Origin: Thermoanaerobaculia bacterium
GTDB taxonomy: Bacteria; Acidobacteriota; Thermoanaerobaculia; Multivoradales; UBA5704
Assembly: GCA_044226625.1 (NCBI GenBank)
Contig: JBGAGQ010000018.1
Coordinates: 1 to 64,000 of the forward strand
Length of the DNA: 64,000 nucleotides
Reading direction: 5' to 3'
Each line of letters begins with the position of its first letter. The first letter of the stretch is position 1. Shown piece after piece: positions 54,631 through 64,000 of this stretch. A program made the position numbers and the translations under genes. The notes below the pieces were generated by a model. The model was given only the letters and a program-made list of their open reading frames with translations, had not been told where the DNA came from and did not search any database.

Positions 54631-55557
54631 ATGCCGCGACTCGCTTTGTCGCTCGGAGGAATCGTGCTCGCCGCCGCCTGCGCCACGGCCTCACCGCCGC
54701 TTTCGAAGGCGTCGTCTGGAGGGGCCAAGCCGGCTTCGAGCGTCGCCGCGGCGATCGAGTCGGCGCTCGCCGGCTCCCAAGGGATCACCGCGGTGGCGTT
54801 TTTCGATCTCCAGACGGGGGAGTCTGCCGGACGCCAAGAGCACCTCCGCTTCCACGCCGCGAGCACCATGAAAGTGCCGGTGCTGGTGGAACTGTTCCGG
54901 GAGGTCGACCGGGGGGAGCTGGCCCTCGATCGCCCGGTTCCGGTGAAGAACGAGTTCAAGAGCCTGGTCGACGGCTCGCCGTTCACCCTGGACTCGAAAG
55001 AGGACGGCGATCCCGACTTGTACGCCGCCGTCGGGGAGAGCCGGCCTCTCGGCGAGCTCGCGCGGCGGATGATCCAGCGCAGCTCGAACCTGTCGACCAA
55101 TCTGCTGATCGAGCTGCTGGGCGCGAAACGCGTCACCGCGGAGATGAGGACGCTCGGGGCGCAGGACATCGAAGTCCTCCGGGGAGTCGAAGACGAAAAG
55201 GCGTTCGAGGCCGGCCTGATCAGCTCGACGACCGCCTACGACCTCGCGGTCATCCTGCGCGCGATCGCCGAGAAGAAGGTGGTTTCACCCGCGGCGAGCG
55301 CGACGATGATCGAGATTCTCGAAGGGCAGGAGTTCAAAGAGAAGATCCCGGCGGGCTTGCCGCCCGGCACGCAGGTCGCGAACAAGACCGGCGACATCAC
55401 CGGTGTCCATCACGACGCGGCGATCGTCTTCCCCCCGGGCCGGGCGCCGTACGTGCTCGCGGTGCTCACCGAAGGGTATTCGAGCGAGGAAGAGGCCGAC
55501 GCACGAATCGCCGCGGTATCGAAAGCGGTGTGGCGAGCGCTCTCGCCATCCTCTTGA
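54631..55557 (+). CDS. Class A beta-lactamase-like serine hydrolase, probable lipoprotein
   Basis: Lipobox LAAAC; FHAASTMK (SxxK), SSN, KTG, HDAAIV. Confidence 0.85.
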   Translation: MPRLALSLGGIVLAAACATASPPLSKASSGGAKPASSVAAAIESALAGSQGITAVAFFDLQTGESAGRQEHLRFHAASTMKVPVLVELFREVDRGELALDRPVPVKNEFKSLVDGSPFTLDSKEDGDPDLYAAVGESRPLGELARRMIQRSSNLSTNLLIELLGAKRVTAEMRTLGAQDIEVLRGVEDEKAFEAGLISSTTAYDLAVILRAIAEKKVVSPAASATMIEILEGQEFKEKIPAGLPPGTQVANKTGDITGVHHDAAIVFPPGRAPYVLAVLTEGYSSEEEADARIAAVSKAVWRALSPSS

Positions 55558-55656
55558 TTTTCATTGAGATCGCGGCGTGATGCCACGAATCGACGCGCGG
55601 AGACGGAACCCTTCGGCCGATCGCACGATGCCGCGCAGGAGCTTCGTTTCTCGTGG

Positions 55657-55873
55657 GGGAAAGCCGCTCGAAGGCCCCGGGAAGCCGCTCTCTGCGCTGG
55701 GAAGCCAATTTCTTTCGGTGGATAGCCGCTATACACGCCAGATAGCCGCTCTCTGCGCCAGGAAGTCGTTATTTTTCGGCGGATAGTCGCTTTATTCGCC
55801 TGGAAAATCGCTATCCCCGCTGGGAAGCCGCTATGCCCGCTGGGAAGCCGCTATCCGCGCTCGAATAATCGCT
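55657..55873. repeat. Eleven-copy degenerate 20-21 bp tandem array (core GGRWAGCCGCT)
   Basis: AGCCGCT-like cores at 55662, 55683, 55703, 55724, 55744, 55764, 55785, 55806, 55826, 55846, 55867. Confidence 0.8.
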
Positions 55874-56010
55874 TTTGGCCGACTACGGCGGCTAGACGGC
55901 AGGGCGCGGCCGAAAAGCGAAACCGCCCGGCGCTTCGCCACAACCGCGGCGGACAACGGCTTGCGGCGTACGCCATTGGCTGTCGCTCGATCCTTTGCGC
56001 TTTGCGGGTC

Positions 56011-56334
56011 GCCCCCCTCCTGGCCTCCCCCCGCAAGCGGAGGGAGGGACGTGCTTACCGGCGTTGGTGGGAGAGCGAGCCCCCAGCGGGTTTTCCGGAG
56101 GCGCCGTCCTTCTTCTTCCCCCCGCAAGTGGGGGGAGGGACGTGCTTACCGGCGTTGGTAGGAGAGCGAGCACCCAGCGGGTTTTCCGGAGGCGCCGTCC
56201 TTCTTCCTCCCCCCGCAAGTGGGGGGAGGGACGTGCTTACCGGCGTTGGTAGGAGAGCGAGCACCCAGCGGGTTTTCCGGAGGCGCCGTCCTTCTTCCTC
56301 CCCCGCGTGCGGGGGGAGGACCGAGGTGGGGGCG
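56011..56334. repeat. REP/BIME-like array: 91-bp unit x3 with four GC-rich hairpins
   Basis: GACGTGCTTACCGGCGTTGGT at 56048, 56139, 56230; hairpins CCCCCCGCAAGYGGGGGGAGG; ends match 16634-16957 in inverted orientation. Confidence 0.9.
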
Positions 56335-56472
56335 TCAACCGACAGCCCTGCGATGCGGCCATGGGGCCGAAGCTCGCGATAGAATCGCATCCGTTCCTCG
56401 GGAGGTCCCCTCCCAACTCCACTCGACCTTCTAGACTTCAGATTCTCGATTCGACATTCCAAAGAGGGACGC

Positions 56473-57540
<1,068 letters not shown>

Positions 57541-57633
57541 AGGGCCGGCCCCTGATGTGATTTTCGCGAACCTTGCGCCAAGCCTATCGAGAAGGCGAAA
57601 TTCTTCGCCCTCTACATCGATGGGAGATTGGCC

Positions 57634-57819
57634 ATGAAAGCGAAGCGCAACCGGAAGCTGAACTTGAGCCTCGAGACCGTTCGGCGTCTCAACGGAATCG
57701 AGATGGCGGCCGTGGCCGGTGGGGCGACGTCGAACTGCACCATGAATCCCAGGGTGTGTACGACGTCGGACCGCTGCACCGAATCCTGCGGCCCGATCTC
57801 CGTCTGCATCTGCGCCTGA
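57634..57819 (+). CDS. RiPP (lanthipeptide-like) precursor 1, 61 aa
   Basis: Leader MKAKRNRKLNLSLETVRRLNGIEMAAVAGG + core ATSNCTMNPRVCTTSDRCTESCGPISVCICA (6 Cys, 9 Ser/Thr); SD GGGAG. Confidence 0.88.
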   Translation: MKAKRNRKLNLSLETVRRLNGIEMAAVAGGATSNCTMNPRVCTTSDRCTESCGPISVCICA

Positions 57820-57829
57820 GCCGGCCGGC

Positions 57830-57857
57830 GGGATGCCGGGAGGGATCCCGGCATCCC
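57830..57857 (+). terminator. 12-bp stem-loop after precursor 1 (terminator or mRNA-stabilising hairpin)
   Basis: GGGATGCCGGGA-GGGA-TCCCGGCATCCC; no U-tract. Confidence 0.6.
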
Positions 57858-57955
57858 CATGACGAAAGCGGGGCGTGATTCGATTTCGCCGATCCTGGCG
57901 CCTATCCTTTCGAGAAGGCGAAATCCATCGCCTCCCTACGGATAGGAGTCCGTCC

Positions 57956-58144
57956 ATGAAAACGAAGCGGAGCAGGAAGCTTTCCTTGAGCGCGGAGACG
58001 GTTCGGCGCCTGACCGGGAACGACCTCGCGGCGATCGCCGGCGGCATCACCTCGGTCTGTACCGCCAACCCGAACCCCGGCTGCACCACGTCGGACCTCT
58101 GCACCGACTCCTGCGGCCCGATCTCCGTCTGCATTTGCCGGTAA
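57956..58144 (+). CDS. RiPP (lanthipeptide-like) precursor 2, 62 aa, paralog of precursor 1
   Basis: Leader MKTKRSRKLSLSAETVRRLTGNDLAAIAGG + core ITSVCTANPNPGCTTSDLCTDSCGPISVCICR; SD AGGAG. Confidence 0.88.
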   Translation: MKTKRSRKLSLSAETVRRLTGNDLAAIAGGITSVCTANPNPGCTTSDLCTDSCGPISVCICR

Positions 58145-58290
58145 GGCGTCCGAGCGGGGCGCCGGCCTCCCGGCGTCCCGTGTCACGGCGGTTCGCTCGC
58201 GGCCGCGACGGGGCGGCTCGCTTTCCTTCCCGCGGGCACCCCTTTCTGTAGGGGGCAACCGCGCCCCTCGAATCCGCGAGGAGATCCACG

Positions 58291-58500
58291 ATGAAGAAGT
58301 TGCGCCTGCACAAAGAAACCCTGCGTTCGCTCGAACGGGCCGGTCTGGCCGGGGTCGAAGGCGGCTTCTGGTCGATCCCCACCCATTGCCCGGACGACTA
58401 TCCGGACTGCTCGGTCAACGACTGGTGCCAGAGCGCCAACGGCGGCTGCACCGGTTGGCACCAGTGCCCCACCGGCGACCAGACGATCCTGGTTTGCTGA
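58291..58500 (+). CDS. RiPP (lanthipeptide-like) precursor 3, 69 aa
   Basis: Leader MKKLRLHKETLRSLERAGLAGVEGG + core FWSIPTHCPDDYPDCSVNDWCQSANGGCTGWHQCPTGDQTILVC (6 Cys, 7 Ser/Thr); SD GAGGAG. Confidence 0.85.
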   Translation: MKKLRLHKETLRSLERAGLAGVEGGFWSIPTHCPDDYPDCSVNDWCQSANGGCTGWHQCPTGDQTILVC

Positions 58501-58512
58501 GACCCCCTCCCG

Positions 58513-58543
58513 GAGGGATCGGCACCTCTCCCGCCGATCCCTC
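58513..58543 (+). terminator. 11-bp stem-loop between precursor 3 and lanC
   Basis: GAGGGATCGGC-N9-GCCGATCCCTC; no U-tract. Confidence 0.55.
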
Positions 58544-58627
58544 GAGGGTCCACCGATTCGATCGAAGGGCGACGGCGCATGGTTTCCTCTCCTCGGCGCG
58601 GAGGATGCCGAAGAAGCTCGCCGTGCG

Positions 58628-59944
58628 GTGGTCGCGATCGCCGAATCCCTCGCGCTGCGGAATACTTCCGAATCACACGAGATCGTTTCCTCGCACGATT
58701 CCGACAGGCCTTGGGGGCCCGGCTCTCTGGGCGAGGGCTGCTCCGGGATCGCCCTGTTTTTCGCCTACCTCTCGCGTGCGGCCACCGCGGTCGGCTCGAG
58801 CCCGGAGCGAGCCGCCGAGCATCGGCTCCTGGCCGAGCGATTCGCGGACCAGGGGGCCGACCGGTTGGCCGAGGGTCTGTCGGACCCCTCGCTGTATTGC
58901 GGCTTCACCGGCACGGCCTGGATGATCCGACACCTCGGAACGCTCTGGGGCGATCCGGAGGCGGCGAGCTACACGGAGGAGGTCGATGCCCTTCTCGTCG
59001 CCCTGCTCGGCACGGAAGATTGGACCGCCGAGCTCGATCTGATCACCGGGCTCGCCGGCCTGGGTACCTACGGGCTTCAGGCGATCGCGAGCGGAGGGCC
59101 GGTCGAAGATCTCGTCGCGTCCGTCGTTCGGCACCTCGACCGGAAGGCGGAGGTAAGCGCACACGGGTTCACCTGGTTTACTCCGCCCCGTCTCCTGGAT
59201 CGCGCCTCGCGAGACAACTTCCCGGAGGGGTACTACAACGTGGGCGTCGCGCACGGCGTGCCGGGCATCCTCGCGATCTTGGCCCGCGCCGCGCGGGCGG
59301 GAATCGCCGCGGAGAGGGCGGCGGCTCTCGCGGAGGGCGCTTTCGATTGGCTGATGGGGCAGCGCCTCGGTCCGGAGAGTCCCTCCGTCTTTCCGAGCTT
59401 CGTCCCTCCCGGCGGCTCCCCCTGGCCGTCTCGCCTCGCCTGGTGCTACGGCGACGCGGGCGTCGCCGCGGCTCTCTGGGGGGCGGCCGAGAGTCTCGAC
59501 GAGCCCCGAATGCGCCGCGCCGCGATCGACGTCGGGAGGCGGGCCGCGTCCCGCGATCCGGCTTCGGCATGGGTCCAAGACGGCTGCCTCTGCCATGGTG
59601 CCGCCGGCCTCGCGTTGATCTTCGACCGGCTGTTCAAGGCGACGGGGGAGGAGGTTTTCCGCGACGCCGCCGTCGCCTGGTATCGCCGGCTTTTGGGCCA
59701 GCGATCCGAGAGTGGTGTCCTCGGCGGATTCGGGTCTTGGACGTCGCTCTCGGGAGAAGAAGGTGGGTTTCGGAGAGAAGAGCGACCAGGGCTCCTCACG
59801 GGAGCGGCGGGGATCGGACTCGCCCTCCTCGCGGCGATCTCGAGCGACGCCCCGGATTGGGATCAGGCGCTCCTGATCAGCCCCGAGAGGACGCGTTCGA
59901 GCGACCGCGGTCGGACCGGTCCGGTCGAGAAGGCTGTGCTATAA
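58628..59944 (+). CDS. lanC: LanC lanthionine synthetase (cyclase); true start probably further upstream
   Basis: G..GIALF, LYCGFTG, DLITGLAG, GVAHGVPG, AWCYGDAG, LCHGAAG, GLLTGAAGIGL..WD; Zn ligands and catalytic His present. Confidence 0.92.
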   Translation: MVAIAESLALRNTSESHEIVSSHDSDRPWGPGSLGEGCSGIALFFAYLSRAATAVGSSPERAAEHRLLAERFADQGADRLAEGLSDPSLYCGFTGTAWMIRHLGTLWGDPEAASYTEEVDALLVALLGTEDWTAELDLITGLAGLGTYGLQAIASGGPVEDLVASVVRHLDRKAEVSAHGFTWFTPPRLLDRASRDNFPEGYYNVGVAHGVPGILAILARAARAGIAAERAAALAEGAFDWLMGQRLGPESPSVFPSFVPPGGSPWPSRLAWCYGDAGVAAALWGAAESLDEPRMRRAAIDVGRRAASRDPASAWVQDGCLCHGAAGLALIFDRLFKATGEEVFRDAAVAWYRRLLGQRSESGVLGGFGSWTSLSGEEGGFRREERPGLLTGAAGIGLALLAAISSDAPDWDQALLISPERTRSSDRGRTGPVEKAVL

Positions 59945-59954
59945 ATTCGGCCCC

Positions 59955-60824
59955 GTGATACGCCTTGGTGATCTCGAGCTGACCCTGGTCGGCGATGGAG
60001 AATTCCGCCTCGACGGGGGAGCCATGTTCGGGGTTGTGCCGAAGGTGCTCTGGTCGCAGATGAAGGAGCCGGACGCGGACAACCGGATCCGCATGGCGAC
60101 GAACTGCGTGCTGATCCGTCGGGGGAGCGATCTCCTCTTGATCGATAGCGGGATCGGCGACAAACACAACGCGAAATTCGGCGAGATCTACGCCATGGAG
60201 CCGCACGCCGTTCGGCTGCCAGAGTCGATCCGACGGGCCGGATACGAGCTGTCGGACGTCACCCACGTCGTGCTCTCGCACCTCCACTTCGACCATTGCG
60301 GCTGGAACACCCGGAAAAACCCCGACGGGCGGGTGGTGCCGACCTTTCCCAACGCCCGTTACTTCCTCAACCGGGGCGAGGTCGAGCACGCCCGGAACCC
60401 TTCCGAGCGCGACCGGGCGAGCTACTTTCCCGAGAATTGGGAGCCGCTCTTCGAGGCCGGTCAGGTCGAGCTGTTCGATGACGAGGTGGAGGCGATGCCC
60501 GGGGTGCGCGCGGTCAAAGCGCCGGGGCATAACGCCGACATGTGCATCGTTCTACTGGATGGCGGGGCGGACGCCTCGGGCCGACCCGAGCGCGGCGTCT
60601 TCTGGGCCGATCTGGTTCCGACGGTCGCGCACGTCCCGCTACCTTGGATCATGGGTTACGACCTCTATCCTCTGACCACCCTCGAGAACAAGAAGAAGTG
60701 GCTGCCGCGCGCCGCGGAAGAGGGCTGGCTGTCGATCTTCGAGCACGACGCCGAGTCGCCGCTCGCCCGGATCGCCTCGGATCGTCCGGGGCGCTTCCGC
60801 GTGGAGCCGCTCGCCTCCTCCTGA
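59955..60824 (+). CDS. MBL-fold metallo-hydrolase (YtnP-like)
   Basis: LDGGAMFGVVPK, IDSGIG, SHLHFDHCG, PGH, ADL, WIMGYD, FEHD. Confidence 0.9.
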   Translation: MIRLGDLELTLVGDGEFRLDGGAMFGVVPKVLWSQMKEPDADNRIRMATNCVLIRRGSDLLLIDSGIGDKHNAKFGEIYAMEPHAVRLPESIRRAGYELSDVTHVVLSHLHFDHCGWNTRKNPDGRVVPTFPNARYFLNRGEVEHARNPSERDRASYFPENWEPLFEAGQVELFDDEVEAMPGVRAVKAPGHNADMCIVLLDGGADASGRPERGVFWADLVPTVAHVPLPWIMGYDLYPLTTLENKKKWLPRAAEEGWLSIFEHDAESPLARIASDRPGRFRVEPLASS

Positions 60825-60879
60825 TCCGAACCGTCTCAAGCGCTTCTCGATTCGAACGCTCTCATCCCCTGGAGACCTC

Positions 60880-62277
60880 ATGGAATCCCAAGACAGTTTC
60901 GACCTGATCATCCTCGGCAGCGGTCCCGGCGGTTATGTCGCCGGCATCCGGGCCGGTCAGCTGGGCCTCAAAGTGGCGGTGGTCGAGAAGGATCCGAAGT
61001 TCGGCGGCACCTGCCTGCATCGCGGCTGCATCCCCACGAAGGCGTTGCTCCATACCGCTTCGGTTCTCGACGAAATCCGGGAAGCGGGCGGCATCGGCAT
61101 CGACGTCGGCGAGCCGAAGCTCGACATCGGCCGAGCCCAGGAACGCAAGCGCAAGGTCGTCGACAAGAACGCGCGCGGCATCGAGTTCCTGTTCAAGAAG
61201 AACAAGGTCACCGGCATCCAGGGCTTCGGCCGGATGGTGGGGCCGCACCACGTCGAGGTCGCCGGGGCGAACGGCACCGCCGTCTACGAGGCGAAGCACG
61301 TGATGATCGCGACCGGCTCCGTGCCGCGCGAGATCCCGATCGCGCCCTCGGACGGCGAGCGCGTGCTCAACTCCGACCACATCCTGGAGCTCCAGCGGAT
61401 TCCCCAGAGCCTGGTCGTGCTCGGCGCGGGCGCGGTGGGGACCGAGTTCGCCTCGATCTACACCTCGTTCGGCACCAAGGTGACGCTGATCGAGATGCTG
61501 CCGCGCGTCCTGCCGATCGAGGACGAGGAGGTCTCGGCCGATCTCGAGAAGATCCTTCGGAAGCGCGGGATCGAGATCCTCACCAACACCAAGATGCTTT
61601 CCTGTGAGAAGACCGAGACGGGCGTCCGCCTGAAGCTCGAAGGGGGCAAGAAGGCCGAGGTCGAGGCCGAAATGCTGCTCGTCGCGGTGGGCCGCAAGCC
61701 GGTCACCGAGAACCTCGGCTTCGAGGCGCTCGGCGTCGAGATCGAGCGCGGCTACGTCAAGGTCAACGAGTACATGCAGACCGCCGTGCCCCACATCTAC
61801 GCGATCGGCGACGTGGTGAACACGCCGTGGCTCGCGCACGTCGCCTCGGCGGAGGGGATCCTAGCGGCCGAGCGCATCGCCGGCAAGGAAGCCCGGCCGG
61901 TCAACTACGACCGCGTCCCCTCCTGCACCTATTGCGATCCGGAGGTCGCGAGCGTCGGCCTGACCGAAGCGAAGGCGAAGGAACGGGGCTACGACGTCCA
62001 GGTCGGCAAGTTCCCGCTCTCGGCGCTCGCCAAGGCGGCGATCCTCGGGCGGCCGGAAGGGTTCGTCAAGGTCGTTCGCGACAAGAAATACGACGAGGTG
62101 CTCGGCGTCCACATCCTCGGCGCCCACGCCACCGACTTGATCGCCGAGGCCTGCGTGGCGCTCCAGCTCGAAGGGACCGACGAGGAGCTGTTCCGCACCA
62201 TGCACGCGCACCCGACCCTCTCCGAGGCGGTGATGGAGGCGGCGCACGCCGCCCACGGCCAGGCGATCCACTTCTGA
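60880..62277 (+). CDS. lpdA: Dihydrolipoyl dehydrogenase (E3)
   Basis: GSGPGGY, GGTCLHRGCIPTK, GAGAVG, AIGD, HAHPTLSE. Confidence 0.95.
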   Translation: MESQDSFDLIILGSGPGGYVAGIRAGQLGLKVAVVEKDPKFGGTCLHRGCIPTKALLHTASVLDEIREAGGIGIDVGEPKLDIGRAQERKRKVVDKNARGIEFLFKKNKVTGIQGFGRMVGPHHVEVAGANGTAVYEAKHVMIATGSVPREIPIAPSDGERVLNSDHILELQRIPQSLVVLGAGAVGTEFASIYTSFGTKVTLIEMLPRVLPIEDEEVSADLEKILRKRGIEILTNTKMLSCEKTETGVRLKLEGGKKAEVEAEMLLVAVGRKPVTENLGFEALGVEIERGYVKVNEYMQTAVPHIYAIGDVVNTPWLAHVASAEGILAAERIAGKEARPVNYDRVPSCTYCDPEVASVGLTEAKAKERGYDVQVGKFPLSALAKAAILGRPEGFVKVVRDKKYDEVLGVHILGAHATDLIAEACVALQLEGTDEELFRTMHAHPTLSEAVMEAAHAAHGQAIHF

Positions 62278-62289
62278 TCGGAGGGCTCG

Positions 62290-63384
62290 ATGGGCACAGG
62301 ACAGACGTTCGGTTCGCTGCACCCGCCGGCCCCCACGGTCGAGCGCTTGGCCACGACGAGCCTGCCGCGCGAGCGGCAGCTCGATCTCTACCGCCTGCTC
62401 CGCCTCACGCGGATGGTCGAGGGGCGGCTCGGAAACCTTTATCGGCAGGGCAAGGTCGTGGGCGGGCTCTATTCGAGCCTCGGCCAAGAGGCGACGGCGG
62501 TGGGATCGGCCTATGCGCTCGAATCGGGAGACTTCATCGGGCCGCTGATCCGCAACTTGGGCTCGATGCTCGTCCGGGGCGTCCAGCCGCGCGAGGTCAT
62601 GATGCAGTACATGGCGCGCGGGCTCTCGCCCACGGGCGGTAAGGACGGCAACACCCACTTCGGCGATTTGAAGCGGGGGATCGTCGCGCCGATCTCGATG
62701 CTCGGCTCGGTAATCCCGGTGATGGCCGGCGTCGCGCTCGCCGCGAAGATGCAGGGCCGGCCGCTCGTCGCGCTCACCTACATCGGTGACGGCGGCACTT
62801 CGACGGGGGACTTCCACGAGGGGCTGAACCTCGCCTCCGTCCTCGACGTGCCGTTCGTCCTGGTCGTCGAGAACAACGGCTACGCCTACTCGACTCCCAC
62901 CGCGCGCCAGATGAAGGTCAAGCACATCGTCGCGCGCGCCTCGGCGTACGGCATCCCGGGCGAGGCGGTCGACGGCAACGACGTGCTGGCGGTCTACGAG
63001 GCGACCAAGCGAGCGGTCGAGCGCGCCCGCTCGGGCGGGGGACCGACGCTGATCGAGGCGAAGACCTTCCGGATGAAAGGGCACGCCGAGCACGACGACG
63101 CCGGCTACGTACCGCCGGAGCTGTTCGTCGAATGGCGGAAGAAGGACCCGATCGACCGCTTCGAGCGGCACCTGCTCGGGCTGGGCCTCGCGACGCCGGA
63201 GGAGCTGCAAGGGATCGTCGCCGAGATCGACCGTGGCCTCGACGCCGAGGTCGACTTCGCGCTCGCCTCGCCGATGCCGCCGCCGGAGCGTGCGCTCGAA
63301 GGCGTCTATGAAGCCGATCCGGAGGAAGGCCTGGGGACGATCCTTCCCGATGCGCCGCCGGTCCATTCCGGAGGTGCGCGATGA
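62290..63384 (+). CDS. 2-oxoacid dehydrogenase E1 alpha subunit (pyruvate or branched-chain)
   Basis: GQEA, GDGGTS..ENN TPP motif, VDGND, R..GHAEHD. Confidence 0.92.
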   Translation: MGTGQTFGSLHPPAPTVERLATTSLPRERQLDLYRLLRLTRMVEGRLGNLYRQGKVVGGLYSSLGQEATAVGSAYALESGDFIGPLIRNLGSMLVRGVQPREVMMQYMARGLSPTGGKDGNTHFGDLKRGIVAPISMLGSVIPVMAGVALAAKMQGRPLVALTYIGDGGTSTGDFHEGLNLASVLDVPFVLVVENNGYAYSTPTARQMKVKHIVARASAYGIPGEAVDGNDVLAVYEATKRAVERARSGGGPTLIEAKTFRMKGHAEHDDAGYVPPELFVEWRKKDPIDRFERHLLGLGLATPEELQGIVAEIDRGLDAEVDFALASPMPPPERALEGVYEADPEEGLGTILPDAPPVHSGGAR

Positions 63385-64000
63385 GCGCCGCCAGCTCCCA
63401 GACTTACCTCGAGGCGATCCGCCAGGGGATGTGGGATGAGATGGTCCAGGACGAGCGGGTCTTCCTGCTCGGCCAGGACGTCGGCACGTACGGCGGCGCG
63501 TTCCGCGTCACCGCGGGCTTCCTCGACCATTTCGGCCCGAAGCGCGTGATCGACACGCCGATCTCGGAATCGGCCATGGTCGGCGCGGCGATCGGCGCCG
63601 CGATGATGGGTCTTCGGCCGATCGTCGAGATGCAGTTCATCGACTTCATCTCCTGCGCCTTCAACCAGATCGTCAACTTCGCCGCGACCTGCCGCTACCG
63701 CTGGGGACAGAACGTGCCGATCGTCGTCCGCGGTCCCTCGGGCGGCAACGTGCACGGCTCGGCGTTCCACAGCCAGAACCCGGAGAGCTATTTCCAGCAC
63801 ACTCCCGGTTTGAAGGTGGTGGCACCCGCGACCGCGGTCGACGCCAAGGGGCTGATCCGCGCGGCGATCCGCGATCCGAATCCGGTGCTCTTCTTCGAGC
63901 ACAAGTACCTCTACCGCCGGATCAAGGAAGAGGTCCCCGACGGCGACTGGATCGTGCCGATCGGCAAGGCTCGCCTCGCGCGGGTGGGCCGCGACCTGTC
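63381..64000 (+). CDS. 2-oxoacid dehydrogenase E1 beta subunit (3' partial)
   Basis: ATG 63381 (ATGA overlap); YLEAI, GQDVG.YGG.F, DTPISE, EMQFIDF, FHSQ, PGLKVV, FFEHK; runs off the window end. Confidence 0.92.
   Translation, partial: MSAASSQTYLEAIRQGMWDEMVQDERVFLLGQDVGTYGGAFRVTAGFLDHFGPKRVIDTPISESAMVGAAIGAAMMGLRPIVEMQFIDFISCAFNQIVNFAATCRYRWGQNVPIVVRGPSGGNVHGSAFHSQNPESYFQHTPGLKVVAPATAVDAKGLIRAAIRDPNPVLFFEHKYLYRRIKEEVPDGDWIVPIGKARLARVGRDL

Noticed and set aside
54631-55557. Bona fide antibiotic-resistance beta-lactamase
   Set aside because: SxxK/SxN/KTG motifs are shared with many non-resistance serine hydrolases; activity cannot be inferred from sequence and there is no mobile context
56011-56334. 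Possible CRISPR array
   Set aside because: The sequences between hairpins are near-identical rather than unique spacers, the period is 91 bp, and no cas genes are in the window
59955-60824. MBL hydrolase as a tailoring or immunity gene of the RiPP locus
   Set aside because: It belongs to a widespread YtnP-like family, has its own candidate -10 box and leads into lpdA; only the 10-bp gap links it to lanC, so linkage is unsupported though not excluded

Overview
High-GC bacterial chromosomal window with no rRNA, tRNA, CRISPR array, transposase or phage genes that I could see. An ADOP-type duplicated ABC permease, LpxC and the general gene style suggest a diderm Acidobacteriota genome, possibly Thermoanaerobaculia (inference). 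Housekeeping content: tag, yjbQ, an isolated nuoB-nuoCD-nuoI block, an L,D-transpeptidase, kdpFABC, corA, a MoxR/DUF58/DUF4129/DUF4350/RDD cluster, a GH63-like glycosidase, fbaB, and lpdA with E1 alpha/beta. The most notable items are: (1) a compact RiPP locus at 57.6-59.9 kb with three Cys/Ser/Thr-rich double-Gly-leader precursors and a LanC cyclase but no dehydratase or transporter; (2) a coupled operon of a lectin-inserted multicopper oxidase, a methyltransferase, two molybdenum-storage-protein (MoSto)-like subunits and a fused ABC exporter, divergent from HMG-CoA reductase-like and CrtI-like genes; (3) a receiver domain fused to LpxC; (4) a rewired Kdp system (KdpD-N/USP/PTS-EIIA fusion, separate kinase, sigma54 activator with a visible -24/-12 promoter, extra small peptides); (5) an MscS-FHA fusion next to a Ser/Thr kinase; (6) two hairpin arrays with shared ends and an 11-copy ~20.5-bp phased motif array. 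All family assignments come from motif recognition by eye, not from database searches.
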